A stretch of 64,000 nt of DNA from a bacterium (GTDB taxonomy: Bacteria; SAR324; XYD2-FULL-50-16; G965216635). A program made the position numbers and the translations under genes. The notes under the pieces were generated by a model. It was not told the origin of the DNA. It saw nothing but the letters and a program-made list of their open reading frames with translations, and made no database searches. The number at the start of each line of letters is the position of its first letter. The first letter of the stretch is position 1. Shown piece after piece: positions 9,945-20,362 of this stretch. Where the stretch lies: contig OZ244188.1 in the NCBI GenBank assembly GCA_965216635.1, positions 1,408,001 through 1,472,000 on the forward strand, given 5' to 3'.

Positions 9945-10370
9945 ATGAATGTGCAAAAATACCTCCTACACAGATATCCCTTTTTACTTGTAGATTCTGT
10001 TCTGGAGAGGACAAAAACCCGCTGTGTTACTTTAAAAAATCTATCCTATAATGAAGAATTTTTTCAAGGTCATTTTCCGGGAGTTCCTATTATGCCGGGT
10101 GTTTTAATTATAGAAATTTTAGCACAAACCGCAGCTATTATGGGAGAACAAGAAGAAGGATGTATTCATATGATTGTCGGTGTAGAAAAATTTAAATTTC
10201 AACAACAGGTTGTGCCCGGTGATCAAATTATTTGTACGGCAAATTTGATAAAAAAAAAACTAAATTTATTTTTTGTGGATGGAATTCTGAAAGTAAGAAA
10301 ACCTGATAGTACTGAAAAAATCTGTGCTTCGGGCACTATTAAGTGCGCTAAGGTTTTTAAGAAAGATTAA
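9945..10370 (+). CDS. fabZ: 3-hydroxyacyl-ACP dehydratase
   Basis: HRYPFLLVD, FFQGHFPG.PIMPGVLI.E; ATG at 9945 (the upstream TTG lies inside the repeat). Confidence 0.95.
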   Translation: MNVQKYLLHRYPFLLVDSVLERTKTRCVTLKNLSYNEEFFQGHFPGVPIMPGVLIIEILAQTAAIMGEQEEGCIHMIVGVEKFKFQQQVVPGDQIICTANLIKKKLNLFFVDGILKVRKPDSTEKICASGTIKCAKVFKKD

Positions 10371-11142
10371 AAAGACTGGCATTTTGTTGTAGGTGCTTTA
10401 AATCCACTGTGCCGATGATAATACTAGAGACAGCAGTGTTTTTCAAAATAAAATTAATATTTTTCTTTAAGATTTCTTTTTTTTTTTCTTCATCTTTTGC
10501 AGTAGCTAGATAGCCACTTTGAAAAGCCTTTTTAATTAAAATTCCTTTTTTTTCTTTTTGAGCTAGCTCAATAATTTCCTTTTCCGCACGGTATCCTTGA
10601 TTGTAGTGAATCATAGCTAAATCAGATTTTTTTAAAGCAGCTAAGCCTCCTTTGAGAGTTTTACTGGACATGCCGTAAGCTTTCAACAAGCCTTTTTCTT
10701 TGAGTTTTTTTAGACAAGTGAATGCCTCTGAAATTTTCTCTTCGTTTTTCCCATTGGAATGCAATAAGACTATATCCAAATAATCAGTTTGCAATTTTTT
10801 TAAACTTTGTAAAACACTTTTTTCAATAGCTGCTGCAGAAAAATTATAAATGGATTTTCCGCCTCTGAACTCCTCTCCTGCTTTAGTAGATAATACCCAA
10901 TTTTTCCGCCACCCTTGTAATAACTTGCCAAGTCTTTCTTCGCTTGTACCATAAGCTGGAGCAGTATCTAAAAAATTGATTCCTAAGCTATGTGCTTTTT
11001 GGAGTAATTTTTTTAAATCTTTATCACTGGGTAAATCAAATTTATGAGGATATTTTACTTGTGTGTTTCTGCCGAATTTTACCGTTCCTAAACCCATTGT
11101 AGAAACAAAAATTTCACTGTTTCCAATTTGTCTTTTTTGCAT
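10357..11142 (-). CDS. Aldo/keto reductase
   Basis: GLGTVKFGR, DTAPAYGTSEERLG, SLKKLQTDYLD. Confidence 0.92.
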   Translation of the reverse strand: MQKRQIGNSEIFVSTMGLGTVKFGRNTQVKYPHKFDLPSDKDLKKLLQKAHSLGINFLDTAPAYGTSEERLGKLLQGWRKNWVLSTKAGEEFRGGKSIYNFSAAAIEKSVLQSLKKLQTDYLDIVLLHSNGKNEEKISEAFTCLKKLKEKGLLKAYGMSSKTLKGGLAALKKSDLAMIHYNQGYRAEKEIIELAQKEKKGILIKKAFQSGYLATAKDEEKKKEILKKNINFILKNTAVSSIIIGTVDLKHLQQNASLFNLS

Positions 11143-11197
11143 TGGACTGCTTTAATAGAGCTGTTGTTATTTTTATATAAATAGTTTAGTACAAAGG

Positions 11198-12319
11198 TTG
11201 TATATATTCAATACAGATAAATCAAAAATGCACAAAACTGTTCCTCCTTATATTGATTTTGCGATAATTCCTCTAGCAAATATTCTGCTAGCATTCGTTG
11301 TTTCGGGATTGATTATTAGTTTTACTGGAGAGAATCCGATACAGGCACTGGCTATAATGCTGAAAGGAGCCTTTGGTTATAAAGAAGCTATCGGTTATAC
11401 ACTTTACTATACAACTAATTTTATATTTACAGGTTTGGCTGCTGCAGTTGCTTTTAGAGCAAGTCTTTTTAATATAGGCGCAGAAGGACAGGCTTATATT
11501 GGAGGTTTAGGTGTGGCTGTTGTTATGCTTGCACTAGATAGATTTTTACCATTTTATTTGTTGATTCCGCTTGGTATCCTGGGAGCTGCTCTTTTTGGCG
11601 CTTTGTGGGCTTTTATTCCAGCTTGGTTGCAAGCCTACAAAGGAAGTCATATTGTGATTACGACCATTATGTTTAATTTTATTGCTTCCGCTTTAATGGT
11701 CTATCTTTTAGTGCATGTCCTTATAGAGTCAGGACAACAGGCTCCTAAAACAAGAGCTTTTGTAGCAGAAGCGCAGATTCTGAATATCGGCACAGTATTA
11801 AATTTTTTTGGAATAAGTATAGGTAGCAATCCACTCAACCTATCTTTTGTTATAGCTTTACTTTTGGCTGGGGCGGTTTGGGTCTATATTTGGAAAACTC
11901 CTTGGGGTTATGAATTAAGAGTGTCTGGAAAAAGCGAAAAGGTATCTATTTATGCTGGAATTCCTTTCAAAAAAATGACAATCATCACTTTGATGATCTC
12001 TGGGGCTTTGGCTGGAATGATGGCAGTCAACGAGATTATGGGGGTACATAATAAATTGATTTTAGAATTTACTGCAGGTTATGGATTTACGGGAATAGCG
12101 GTCGCTCTAATGGGTAGAAATCATCCTTTGGGAGTGATTTTTGCGAGTCTTCTTTTTGGATTTTTATACCAAGGAGGAGCAGAACTTTCTTTTGAAAATT
12201 CTAATATCACTAAAGAAATTGTGCTCGTTATCCAAGGGCTTATTATTCTTTTTTCAGGAGCTTTGAGTTTTATGCTAAAACCCTATATTGAAAAAATTTA
12301 CTTTTGGTTGAGCAGCTAA
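11198..12319 (+). CDS. ABC transporter permease (nucleoside/sugar CUT2 type)
   Basis: FNIGAEGQ, GYGFTGIAVALMGRNHP; start may be the ATG at 11228. Confidence 0.9.
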   Translation: MYIFNTDKSKMHKTVPPYIDFAIIPLANILLAFVVSGLIISFTGENPIQALAIMLKGAFGYKEAIGYTLYYTTNFIFTGLAAAVAFRASLFNIGAEGQAYIGGLGVAVVMLALDRFLPFYLLIPLGILGAALFGALWAFIPAWLQAYKGSHIVITTIMFNFIASALMVYLLVHVLIESGQQAPKTRAFVAEAQILNIGTVLNFFGISIGSNPLNLSFVIALLLAGAVWVYIWKTPWGYELRVSGKSEKVSIYAGIPFKKMTIITLMISGALAGMMAVNEIMGVHNKLILEFTAGYGFTGIAVALMGRNHPLGVIFASLLFGFLYQGGAELSFENSNITKEIVLVIQGLIILFSGALSFMLKPYIEKIYFWLSS

Positions 12320-12349
12320 AAAAATTACTCTCTAATATTTTATACAACA

Positions 12350-13318
12350 ATGCAAGAATTATTTTTTTTATTCGTTCAAGTTTTAGACGCCTCTATTAGA
12401 TTGTCTGTACCTCTGATTTTAGCCTCTATTGCAGGATTGTTTGCAGAAAGGAGCGGTATCGTAGATATTGGACTGGAAGGAAAGATGCTCTCTGCCTGTT
12501 TTGTTGCTGCCGCTTTAGCCTCTTTGACTGGCTCTGTTTGGTTGGGTCTGTTGGCGGCTATTTTTATTTCTGTAGCGATAAGTATGTTGCACGGATTTGC
12601 CTGTATTACTCATAAAGGTGATCAGATTGTTAGCGGGCTAGCGATAAATTTGCTGGCATCTGGGCTGACTATTGTTATCTCTATTGCTGTTTTTAAGCAA
12701 GGAGGTTTTACTCCTAGTTTAGGAGATACTGCAAGATTTACTTCTATTGTTTTTCCTTTATCAGAAATTTTAAGCAATATTCCCATTTTGGGAGTGATTT
12801 ATAAAGAGCTTATTTCAGGGCATAATATTTTAGTATATTTTGCTCTTGTAGTTCCTTTTTTAGCCCAGTTTATAGTTTTTAAAACTAGATTTGGTTTAAG
12901 ATTGCGTGCAGTAGGTGAAAATCCTTACTCTGTAGATGCTGCCGGTATTTCGGTTTCCTTTCTCAGATATAGAGCCTTAATTTTTACAGGAATTTTAACA
13001 GGTATAGCGGGAGCCTATATTTCTACAGCTCAGAACGCGGGCTTTATTCGCGATATGACAGCAGGACAGGGCTATATTGCTTTAGCTGCTTTGATTTTTG
13101 GGAAATGGAAACCCTACAACGCACTCGGAGCCTGTTTCTTGTTTGGATTTTTGGATGCTCTTGCTATTCGTCTGCAAGGAATTAGCTTTTTTGGTATAGT
13201 AGAAATTCCACTACAACTCATCCAAGCTATACCTTATATTTTGACAGTGGTTTTACTAGCGGGATTTATTGGGAAAGCCATTCCTCCAAGGGCTATAGGA
13301 CAGCCTTATATCAAATAG
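12350..13318 (+). CDS. ABC transporter permease (nucleoside/sugar CUT2 type), second subunit
   Basis: ERSGIVDIGLEG, RLRAVGENP, GYIALAALIFGKWKP. Confidence 0.92.
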   Translation: MQELFFLFVQVLDASIRLSVPLILASIAGLFAERSGIVDIGLEGKMLSACFVAAALASLTGSVWLGLLAAIFISVAISMLHGFACITHKGDQIVSGLAINLLASGLTIVISIAVFKQGGFTPSLGDTARFTSIVFPLSEILSNIPILGVIYKELISGHNILVYFALVVPFLAQFIVFKTRFGLRLRAVGENPYSVDAAGISVSFLRYRALIFTGILTGIAGAYISTAQNAGFIRDMTAGQGYIALAALIFGKWKPYNALGACFLFGFLDALAIRLQGISFFGIVEIPLQLIQAIPYILTVVLLAGFIGKAIPPRAIGQPYIK

Positions 13319-13603
13319 AGACTTTTGAATTAGCGTTCTGTTTAGCCAAAACAAGCTTATTGCTTTTACTCTATACAGGCTTTAGCAAAAGAGCCACTGG
13401 TTCTTTTGCAGTTTATATTGTGTCAGCTTTAAGTTTTGTAATGCATTGCACTACGCCATTAAAAAAAAAATTTCAACTCTTGCCATTTGTGAAGAAATGC
13501 TCTTCCGTATTGCTGCGAGCTAAAAATTTTTTTTGCACCTGTTCTAACCATTTGGCTAGCCGTCACAGCTAGTTTTGTTCTATTTGGCAAATTCAAAGGT
13601 CTC
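13317..13603. mobile_element. Complete MITE-like element, longer variant
   Basis: Ends gagacttttgaattagc / gcaaattcaaaggtctc; shared internal modules; abuts the permease stop codon. Confidence 0.85.
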
Positions 13604-13611
13604 AAATAATC

Positions 13612-13696
13612 GGTTTTTCCTTAAAAACTTCCAATTTACTGCTCTCAGCTGTGGTGCTTAAAGCACAAATTGAAACTTTTTTTAAGGAAAAACACC
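13612..13696. terminator. Long imperfect inverted repeat between convergent genes (possible bidirectional terminator)
   Basis: gtttttccttaaaaacttccaattt ... aaattgaaactttttt..aaggaaaaac. Confidence 0.45.
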
Positions 13697-13702
13697 AAAA
13701 AA

Positions 13703-14956
13703 TTAAGCAAGTAGGTCTTTGAAATCGGGGAAAGAATTAGAAAATTCTTTTACTTTTGCTGCTATTTCTTTGAGCCTGCTTTCATTGTTGATGTTTTCTA
13801 ATACTTGATGAATAAAATCGGCTACTTGTTCCATATCCTCCTCTTGCATCCCTCTCGAAGTCAGTGCTGGGGTTCCTAAACGAACTCCACTTGTTACCAT
13901 TGGGCTTCTTTTTTCATTTGGAACTGTGTTTTTATTGGTTGTAATATAGCATCTATCCAAGGCTAAAGAAGCGTCGTTTCCTGTAATTTCTGTTTCGGAT
14001 AAATCCATTAAAATCAAATGATTATCTGTTCCTCCAGAGACCAACTTCCATCCTTTGTCTACTAGGGACTGAGCTAAGGTGTCTGCATTTTTCACTACAG
14101 AATTCATGTAATCTTTAAAGCTAGGGTGGAGCGCTTCTTTAAAGGCTACAGCTTTGGCAGCAATAATATGGCAAAGGGGTCCTCCTTGAATACCGGGAAA
14201 AATTTTAGAATTTACCTTTTTTGCCATCTCTTCTGTGCATAAAATCATCCCTCCTCTTGGTCCTCGCAGTGTTTTATGCGTTGTTGTAGTCGTGAAGTGA
14301 GAGTGCGGAATAGAAGAAGGATGGTGTCCTGTAGCTATCAGTCCTGCAATGTGAGCAACATCACATAATAGATAAGCCCCTACTTCGTCAGCGACTGCTC
14401 GGAATTTTTGAAAATCTATTACACGCGGATAAGCACTAGCACCGGCAACAATGATTTTGGGCTTTTTTTCTTTTGCTACTTGCATAAGTTGGTCGTAGTC
14501 AATTAAATGGGTTTGTTTATCCACACTGTAAAAACAGCTGTTAAAAATAAAACCAGAAAAATTTACTTTGGAACCGTGAGTCAAATGTCCTCCGTTGGAC
14601 AAATCCATTCCCAAAATACAGTCCCCTGCTTTCAAAATGCTAAAGTAGACCCCCATATTTGCTTGCGAGCCAGAATGAGGTTGCACATTGACGTGCTCTG
14701 CTTGAAACAGTTTTTTTGCTCTATCTATGGCTAACTGCTCGGTAATATCTACATTTTGGCAACCCTCGTAGTACCTTTTATTTGGATAGCCTTCGGCGTA
14801 TTTATTCGTCATCACAGAAGCTGTAACTTCTTTGATCCTAGGAGAAACAATGTTTTCAGAAGCAATTAGTTCTAAATTATCTATTTGCCTCTGCTCCTCT
14901 TTTTTAATTGCATTATGCACTTCTGCATCTATTGTTTTTAAGTTTGTGTTGTCCAT
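13703..14956 (-). CDS. glyA: Serine hydroxymethyltransferase
   Basis: [30 protein letters not shown]. Confidence 0.98.
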   Translation of the reverse strand: MDNTNLKTIDAEVHNAIKKEEQRQIDNLELIASENIVSPRIKEVTASVMTNKYAEGYPNKRYYEGCQNVDITEQLAIDRAKKLFQAEHVNVQPHSGSQANMGVYFSILKAGDCILGMDLSNGGHLTHGSKVNFSGFIFNSCFYSVDKQTHLIDYDQLMQVAKEKKPKIIVAGASAYPRVIDFQKFRAVADEVGAYLLCDVAHIAGLIATGHHPSSIPHSHFTTTTTHKTLRGPRGGMILCTEEMAKKVNSKIFPGIQGGPLCHIIAAKAVAFKEALHPSFKDYMNSVVKNADTLAQSLVDKGWKLVSGGTDNHLILMDLSETEITGNDASLALDRCYITTNKNTVPNEKRSPMVTSGVRLGTPALTSRGMQEEDMEQVADFIHQVLENINNESRLKEIAAKVKEFSNSFPDFKDLLA

Positions 14957-15016
14957 ATTTTTATTTTTTGTTATTTAAAAAAATTACCAATTATTTCGGA
15001 AAAATAGTTTTTTTTC

Positions 15017-16114
15017 TTAAAATTCAATCATTTTTAAGACAGATTTACCCAGATCAGTATAAGCATTTCCAGCGTCTATAATATTGTATTTCACGCCAAA
15101 ATTTTCATTTTTATCTTTTCTTTCCCATGTAGCACCTGCCCAACTATGATCTTCTTGTTTTAGTTCATATATAGGCTTTGAGTGTTTTTGTGAAACTGGG
15201 ATTAAGGTATTAAAATCCTGTATTCCCATAAGGCGATAAGGAATATCATAGTCAACAGAATTTTCAAAAATTTTTTCGTCTATTATCATATCATTTTTCT
15301 TTAGCGAAGAGACTAACACATCACTTACAATATTTTTTATTTTACTCGCCCATTCTTGATAGGCTTTTGCCATTTTTTTTTGTCTATCTTCTCCTTCTTT
15401 AATACTTTGAGGAGTATAAATTCTATAGTTTTGAGATATGAAACCAAGCATTTTAGGATTATTTTCAGGCAACGAATCACTATCTCTTCCTCTAAAATTT
15501 TCTAGATTTTTCGACCATTTTGGTAGGAAATTACTTAGTGAATCAATAGCTTGGTAACAGTAAAAGTCTGGTGACGTGGGAATTATAAAAAAATCAGAAC
15601 TCATAAGTATGCAATTATTGGTTGTAGAAACACTGGGACTTGTATCTATAATGACAATGTCTATTTTGTTTGAATCTGCTATTTGTCTGATAAGTTTATT
15701 GATAGAAGTAATAAGAGGTTTTAATAAGGGAATGGAATCACTACTCGTTAAAGCAGTTGCTAGTTGGGTGTCCATCTCTGCAAATCTTATATTTCCAGCA
15801 AGAATAAACAAATTTTCTTTTTTTGTTTTCGTAAAAGGTAAATGAGTATTCCTATAAGTAGGAGTTTCACTTGATAATGCAAAAATAGGAGCTAGACTAT
15901 TAAAAATATCTGTATTTTGCTTGCTATCATAAAATTTAAACAGAGTATCGTGTTCTTCTATTCCAAGTGTCAATCCTGTCAAATTGCATTGAGGGTCAGC
16001 ATCTACAAGCAAAACTTTTTTACCTAATTCAGCTAATTTCCATCCTAAATGAAAAGTTGTTGTTGTCTTACCTACCTCTCCTTTATTATTAAATAGTGAT
16101 ATAATTTTTGTCAT
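15017..16114 (-). CDS. Orphan ParA/AAA_31-family ATPase
   Basis: FNNKGEVGKTT deviant Walker A, DADPQCNLT; ATG at 16114 preferred. Confidence 0.85.
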   Translation of the reverse strand: MTKIISLFNNKGEVGKTTTTFHLGWKLAELGKKVLLVDADPQCNLTGLTLGIEEHDTLFKFYDSKQNTDIFNSLAPIFALSSETPTYRNTHLPFTKTKKENLFILAGNIRFAEMDTQLATALTSSDSIPLLKPLITSINKLIRQIADSNKIDIVIIDTSPSVSTTNNCILMSSDFFIIPTSPDFYCYQAIDSLSNFLPKWSKNLENFRGRDSDSLPENNPKMLGFISQNYRIYTPQSIKEGEDRQKKMAKAYQEWASKIKNIVSDVLVSSLKKNDMIIDEKIFENSVDYDIPYRLMGIQDFNTLIPVSQKHSKPIYELKQEDHSWAGATWERKDKNENFGVKYNIIDAGNAYTDLGKSVLKMIEF

Positions 16115-16180
16115 TGTAGTTGTTGTCAACTTGTAGAAATTTTTTGAATTTATGTTTTAAGATATTAATTTTTTTTGTTT

Positions 16181-16603
16181 TCAGATTTTCTGTAATCTTT
16201 TGGAGTGCCTGCCTCCTTCAAAAGTAGTATGCAACCAAGTTTCTAAAATATCAACCGCTAATTCTGCTCCAAGCAGTCTTCCTCCTAAGGTTAGGACATT
16301 AGAATTATTATGCCTACGGGACATTTTTGCTGTATAGTGGTCGTGACACAAACAAGCTCTAATTCCAGAAAAACGATTCGCAGCAATAGTAACACCTAAC
16401 CCACTACCGCAGATTAAAATTCCTTTATTTTCTTTATCTTTTAAAACTTCTGTAATTAGCAGTTTTGTTATGTCTGGGTAATCTATTTTTTCTTCACTCT
16501 TTGTTCCTAAATCTTGGAAAGCGATATTTTTTTGAGTTAAGTAATTTGTTAGCTGCTCTTTTAAAATAAAACCACCGTGGTCGCTAGCTAGGTATAAGTT
16601 CAT
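16181..16603 (-). CDS. rpiB: Ribose-5-phosphate isomerase B
   Basis: SDHGG, DYPD, CGSGLG, HNNSNVL, FEGGRH. Confidence 0.96.
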   Translation of the reverse strand: MNLYLASDHGGFILKEQLTNYLTQKNIAFQDLGTKSEEKIDYPDITKLLITEVLKDKENKGILICGSGLGVTIAANRFSGIRACLCHDHYTAKMSRRHNNSNVLTLGGRLLGAELAVDILETWLHTTFEGGRHSKRLQKI

Positions 16604-16715
16604 TTTAATTGATTGATTTTTAAAAAAACTACATTAATTTATTGATTTTTATAAATACTGTATTATAATGGAATTTACAAGCAAATAAACAAAAATATAC
16701 CATTAAAGTTCTACT

Positions 16716-19442
16716 ATGAACAAATTACAATACCTAAAAGATTATAAACCTTCCTTATGGAAGATCCCATCTGTAAAACTAGATTTTTCAATTAAAACTA
16801 AAAATGTAGTTGTAACCAGCAAACTTGAAATTCAAAAGGAAGATAAAAATATAACCCAAATTGATTTGGATGGTAAAAATATTCAGTTTATATCTTTAAA
16901 AATTGATGGCAAAGAAGCATCCACTAAGAGTTACCGCGTAGATAAGAATGGACTGCATATTTTTGGTTTGAAGAAAAAAAAGCACCTTTTAACCATTAAA
17001 AATACGACTTTAGTCTATCAAAAAACAGAGCCTATGGGGCTTTACTCTTTTAACAGAGTTATTTATAGCCAATGCGAACCTGAGGGGTTTCGTAAAATTA
17101 CTTACTTTATAGATAGACCAGAAATTCAATCTAAATTTCAATGTAAAATCAGAGCTTCTAAAAAAAAATATCCTTACTTACTCTCCAACGGCAATCTCAT
17201 CCAAAAGAAAACAGTAAAGGATAATCACTGGGTGCTTTGGGAAGATAAAATACCTAAATCTTGCTATCTCTTTGCACTTGTAGCAGGTAAATTTCATTAT
17301 CAAACATCTGAATATATAAACAAGAACAATAAAATCACCAAAATAGAGATGTTTGTGCCGATAAAATACAAAAACTACTGCGATTATGCCATAAATTCTT
17401 TAAAACAGGCTATGCAATTTGATGAAGAGGTTTTTAAATTAGAATACGATTTAGATACTTATAAAATTGTAGGAGTAGAAAATTTTAATCTAGGGGCTAT
17501 GGAAAACAAAGGGCTGAATATTTTTAATATGCTTTACATTCTTGCTTCTCCAGAAATCACCACTGATGAAGATTACATTGAAATTGATAATATTATAGCT
17601 CACGAATATTTTCACAACTGGACGGGTAATAGAGTTGGCATTCAAAATTGGTTTAATCTTGCTTTAAAGGAAGGTTTAACTGTTTTTCGCGATCAAGAAT
17701 ATTCCGCTTATCGTTTTTCTAAACCCTTTCAAAGAATTAAAGATATTAGAAGATATAAAATCCAACAAGTAGAAGAAAACAAAGGACAGTTAGCCCACCC
17801 AGTACTTTTGGAATCCTACCTCAATGCAGACAATTCTTATAGCCCGAGTGTTTATCTTAAAGGAGCGGAAATTTTTAGAATGTTAATTGCTATAGCGGGA
17901 AAACCTCTTTTTAACGCTGGTTTTCAAAAATTTATCAAAGAATTCGATCAAAAAACATCTACTTTGGATCAGTTTATAGATTGTATGGAAAAAACTACCA
18001 CTAGAAAACTGGAACAATTTAAAAGATGGTACAAAAAGGTGGAAATACCGCAGCTCAAAGTTCTAGAATACTATAATTTTGAGCAAAAAATTTATACTTT
18101 ATTTTTCTTTCAAGTAGACCTGAAATTAACCCAAGAGAACAAAAAATACAATTGGAATATTTTCATAGATAAGATGAAAAAAAACCTTGCAAACTTGAAA
18201 GAAAATGACGGCATTACTGCCTATCAACTCCAACAATTCCCTTTAGTAAAAGAGCCACTACATATTCCTATAGAAATAGCCTTTTTGGATAGAAACAGCT
18301 CAGAGATGCTTTTTGTAGATATATCAAAAAACAAGCAGACCAAGATACTACAAATCAAAAGCTCTTACCAACAATTTAGCTTTTATGATGTTCCTCAAAA
18401 GCCTCTTCCTTCATTCAATAGAAATTTCACAACACCTGTAGAAATAGATTTTCCCTATTCCAGCAATGATTTTTCTGTTATTGCCAATACGGAGACTGAC
18501 GAGTATTCCCGTTGGGAAGCTAGCAATAAAATTTTTATAGAAGTTATCCGTCAGCAGATAGACAGATACCTAGAAGATAAGGTGCTTTTTTTAAATGATG
18601 AGTTGGTTATTAATTTCCAAAAAAATATCACCAGTTCTTCTTTGGAACAACCTTTTGTCTATCATATTCTGCAATTACCCCGAGAAAAAGAGATCCTAAA
18701 CAGCTTAAAAACAAAGAACACGGATGCTATTCACGTCGTCAGAAATTATATCGTCAATGCTCTTGCCCAAAAATTAGAAAATAATTTTTATACCCTTTAT
18801 CAACAAAACGAATTGCAATTTGATTTTAGTTTAGAAAAAACAGAAATGTTTAAACGAATGATTCGCAATATAACGCTTTACTACATTGCAAGAACATCCG
18901 AAACAAACAAAGGGATTGATTTTGTCTATAAGCACTATCAAGAAAGTAAATGTTTAAGTGATACAATGGGAGCTTTGCAGTCTATTAACGACTTAGATTC
19001 TCCTAAAAGAGAAGAGTTGATCAAAGATGCTTTCAAAAAATACAAAAAAAATGAGATTTTACTTTGCAAATGGTTTTCTCTGCAAGCTACTTCTGCTCGT
19101 CTAAAAACATTAGATAAGATGGAAGAGCTTGTAAAAAATACGGCTTTTAATTTGAAAAAAAGTAATCTGGTTTATGCTTTATTGGTCTCTTTTGCTTTCA
19201 ATAACCCCTATTGTTTTCATCATATTAGCGGTAGAGGATATAGTTTTATTACAAAATATATTATCAAACTAGACAATATCAATCCACCTTTAGCTTCTCG
19301 TTTGGCAACAGCTTTTTCTCAAAGCGGTAGTTTCGGTGCCATTCGCAAAAATAAAATTCAAAAATCTTTAGAGCAGATTTTAGCAAAGAATAAGTTGTCT
19401 TCTAATTTATTAGAAGTTGCGCGAAAAATCTTTGAAGGATGA
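16716..19442 (+). CDS. pepN: Aminopeptidase N (M1 family)
   Basis: QCEPEGFRKIT, GAMENKGLN, HEYFHNWTGNRV..LKEG. Confidence 0.96.
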   Translation: MNKLQYLKDYKPSLWKIPSVKLDFSIKTKNVVVTSKLEIQKEDKNITQIDLDGKNIQFISLKIDGKEASTKSYRVDKNGLHIFGLKKKKHLLTIKNTTLVYQKTEPMGLYSFNRVIYSQCEPEGFRKITYFIDRPEIQSKFQCKIRASKKKYPYLLSNGNLIQKKTVKDNHWVLWEDKIPKSCYLFALVAGKFHYQTSEYINKNNKITKIEMFVPIKYKNYCDYAINSLKQAMQFDEEVFKLEYDLDTYKIVGVENFNLGAMENKGLNIFNMLYILASPEITTDEDYIEIDNIIAHEYFHNWTGNRVGIQNWFNLALKEGLTVFRDQEYSAYRFSKPFQRIKDIRRYKIQQVEENKGQLAHPVLLESYLNADNSYSPSVYLKGAEIFRMLIAIAGKPLFNAGFQKFIKEFDQKTSTLDQFIDCMEKTTTRKLEQFKRWYKKVEIPQLKVLEYYNFEQKIYTLFFFQVDLKLTQENKKYNWNIFIDKMKKNLANLKENDGITAYQLQQFPLVKEPLHIPIEIAFLDRNSSEMLFVDISKNKQTKILQIKSSYQQFSFYDVPQKPLPSFNRNFTTPVEIDFPYSSNDFSVIANTETDEYSRWEASNKIFIEVIRQQIDRYLEDKVLFLNDELVINFQKNITSSSLEQPFVYHILQLPREKEILNSLKTKNTDAIHVVRNYIVNALAQKLENNFYTLYQQNELQFDFSLEKTEMFKRMIRNITLYYIARTSETNKGIDFVYKHYQESKCLSDTMGALQSINDLDSPKREELIKDAFKKYKKNEILLCKWFSLQATSARLKTLDKMEELVKNTAFNLKKSNLVYALLVSFAFNNPYCFHHISGRGYSFITKYIIKLDNINPPLASRLATAFSQSGSFGAIRKNKIQKSLEQILAKNKLSSNLLEVARKIFEG

Positions 19443-20362
19443 TTTCTATGGAATTCACAAATTCATCACACCAAATAAGACTCAATGAAATTAAAGATGC
19501 TTCTAAAGCCAAAGAGACCAAAAGAGCTATTGAAAAACATTGGAGAAAATATCAAAAATGGGGCGAGCTAAAGAGACTGAATACATTTCCTTCTAGTAGT
19601 GAAACATTAGAAAAATACTTGCTCTTTTTGAAAGACGAAAATCGCAAAATAACTACTATAGAACAAGCTAAATGGGCTATTAATAGTAAACATAAATTTC
19701 ATCACCTGCCAGAACCTGCCAATTCCGAAAATATTAGAGTTATTATAAAGGGTTTGAGGAGAATTTTAGGAATGAAAAAAAATAAAAAACAGGCTTTAAC
19801 AATAGAGCATATCGCTAGTATCCAGTTTCCCGATAGTCTTATTGGTCTGAGAGATAAAGCCTTGCTTTTAATAGGTTTTGCCGGAGGTTTGAGAAGAACG
19901 GAATTGAGTAATCTAGACTGTAACGATTTGGAATGGGAAAATTTCGGGGTACGTCTTTATTTGAGAAAAAGCAAAACTAACCAAGAGGGAAGAGAGGAAT
20001 TTATTAATATAATGTCTGCTAAAAACAAACAATGTTGCCCTGTAGAATTACTCAAGCAGTGGCTAGCCGAATCTAAAATTTTGCAGGGAGCTTTGTTTCT
20101 CAATATCAATAAAGCTGGTGTTCCGCAGAGTCGTATTTCTACTGTAACTATTGGAGAAAAAGTAAAATGGGCAGCTAAACAGTGCGGATTTGATAGTAGA
20201 AATTTTGGAGGACATTCGCTTCGTTCTGGTTGTGCAACTTATCTTTTAAAGAAAAAAATTGCTTTAAATATAGTCTCTAAACACTTGCGGCATAAAAGAT
20301 TAGATACCACTTTACAGTACGATAGAAATACAACATCAGAAACTCTAAAAGGTGTCTACTAA
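19439..20362 (+). CDS. Tyrosine recombinase (Cre-like)
   Basis: RDKALLLIGFAGGLRRTEL, KSKTNQ, GHSLRSG, RH......Y. Confidence 0.9.
   Translation: MISMEFTNSSHQIRLNEIKDASKAKETKRAIEKHWRKYQKWGELKRLNTFPSSSETLEKYLLFLKDENRKITTIEQAKWAINSKHKFHHLPEPANSENIRVIIKGLRRILGMKKNKKQALTIEHIASIQFPDSLIGLRDKALLLIGFAGGLRRTELSNLDCNDLEWENFGVRLYLRKSKTNQEGREEFINIMSAKNKQCCPVELLKQWLAESKILQGALFLNINKAGVPQSRISTVTIGEKVKWAAKQCGFDSRNFGGHSLRSGCATYLLKKKIALNIVSKHLRHKRLDTTLQYDRNTTSETLKGVY

Noticed and set aside
13360..13572. 70-aa ORF
   Set aside because: Lies entirely within a MITE copy
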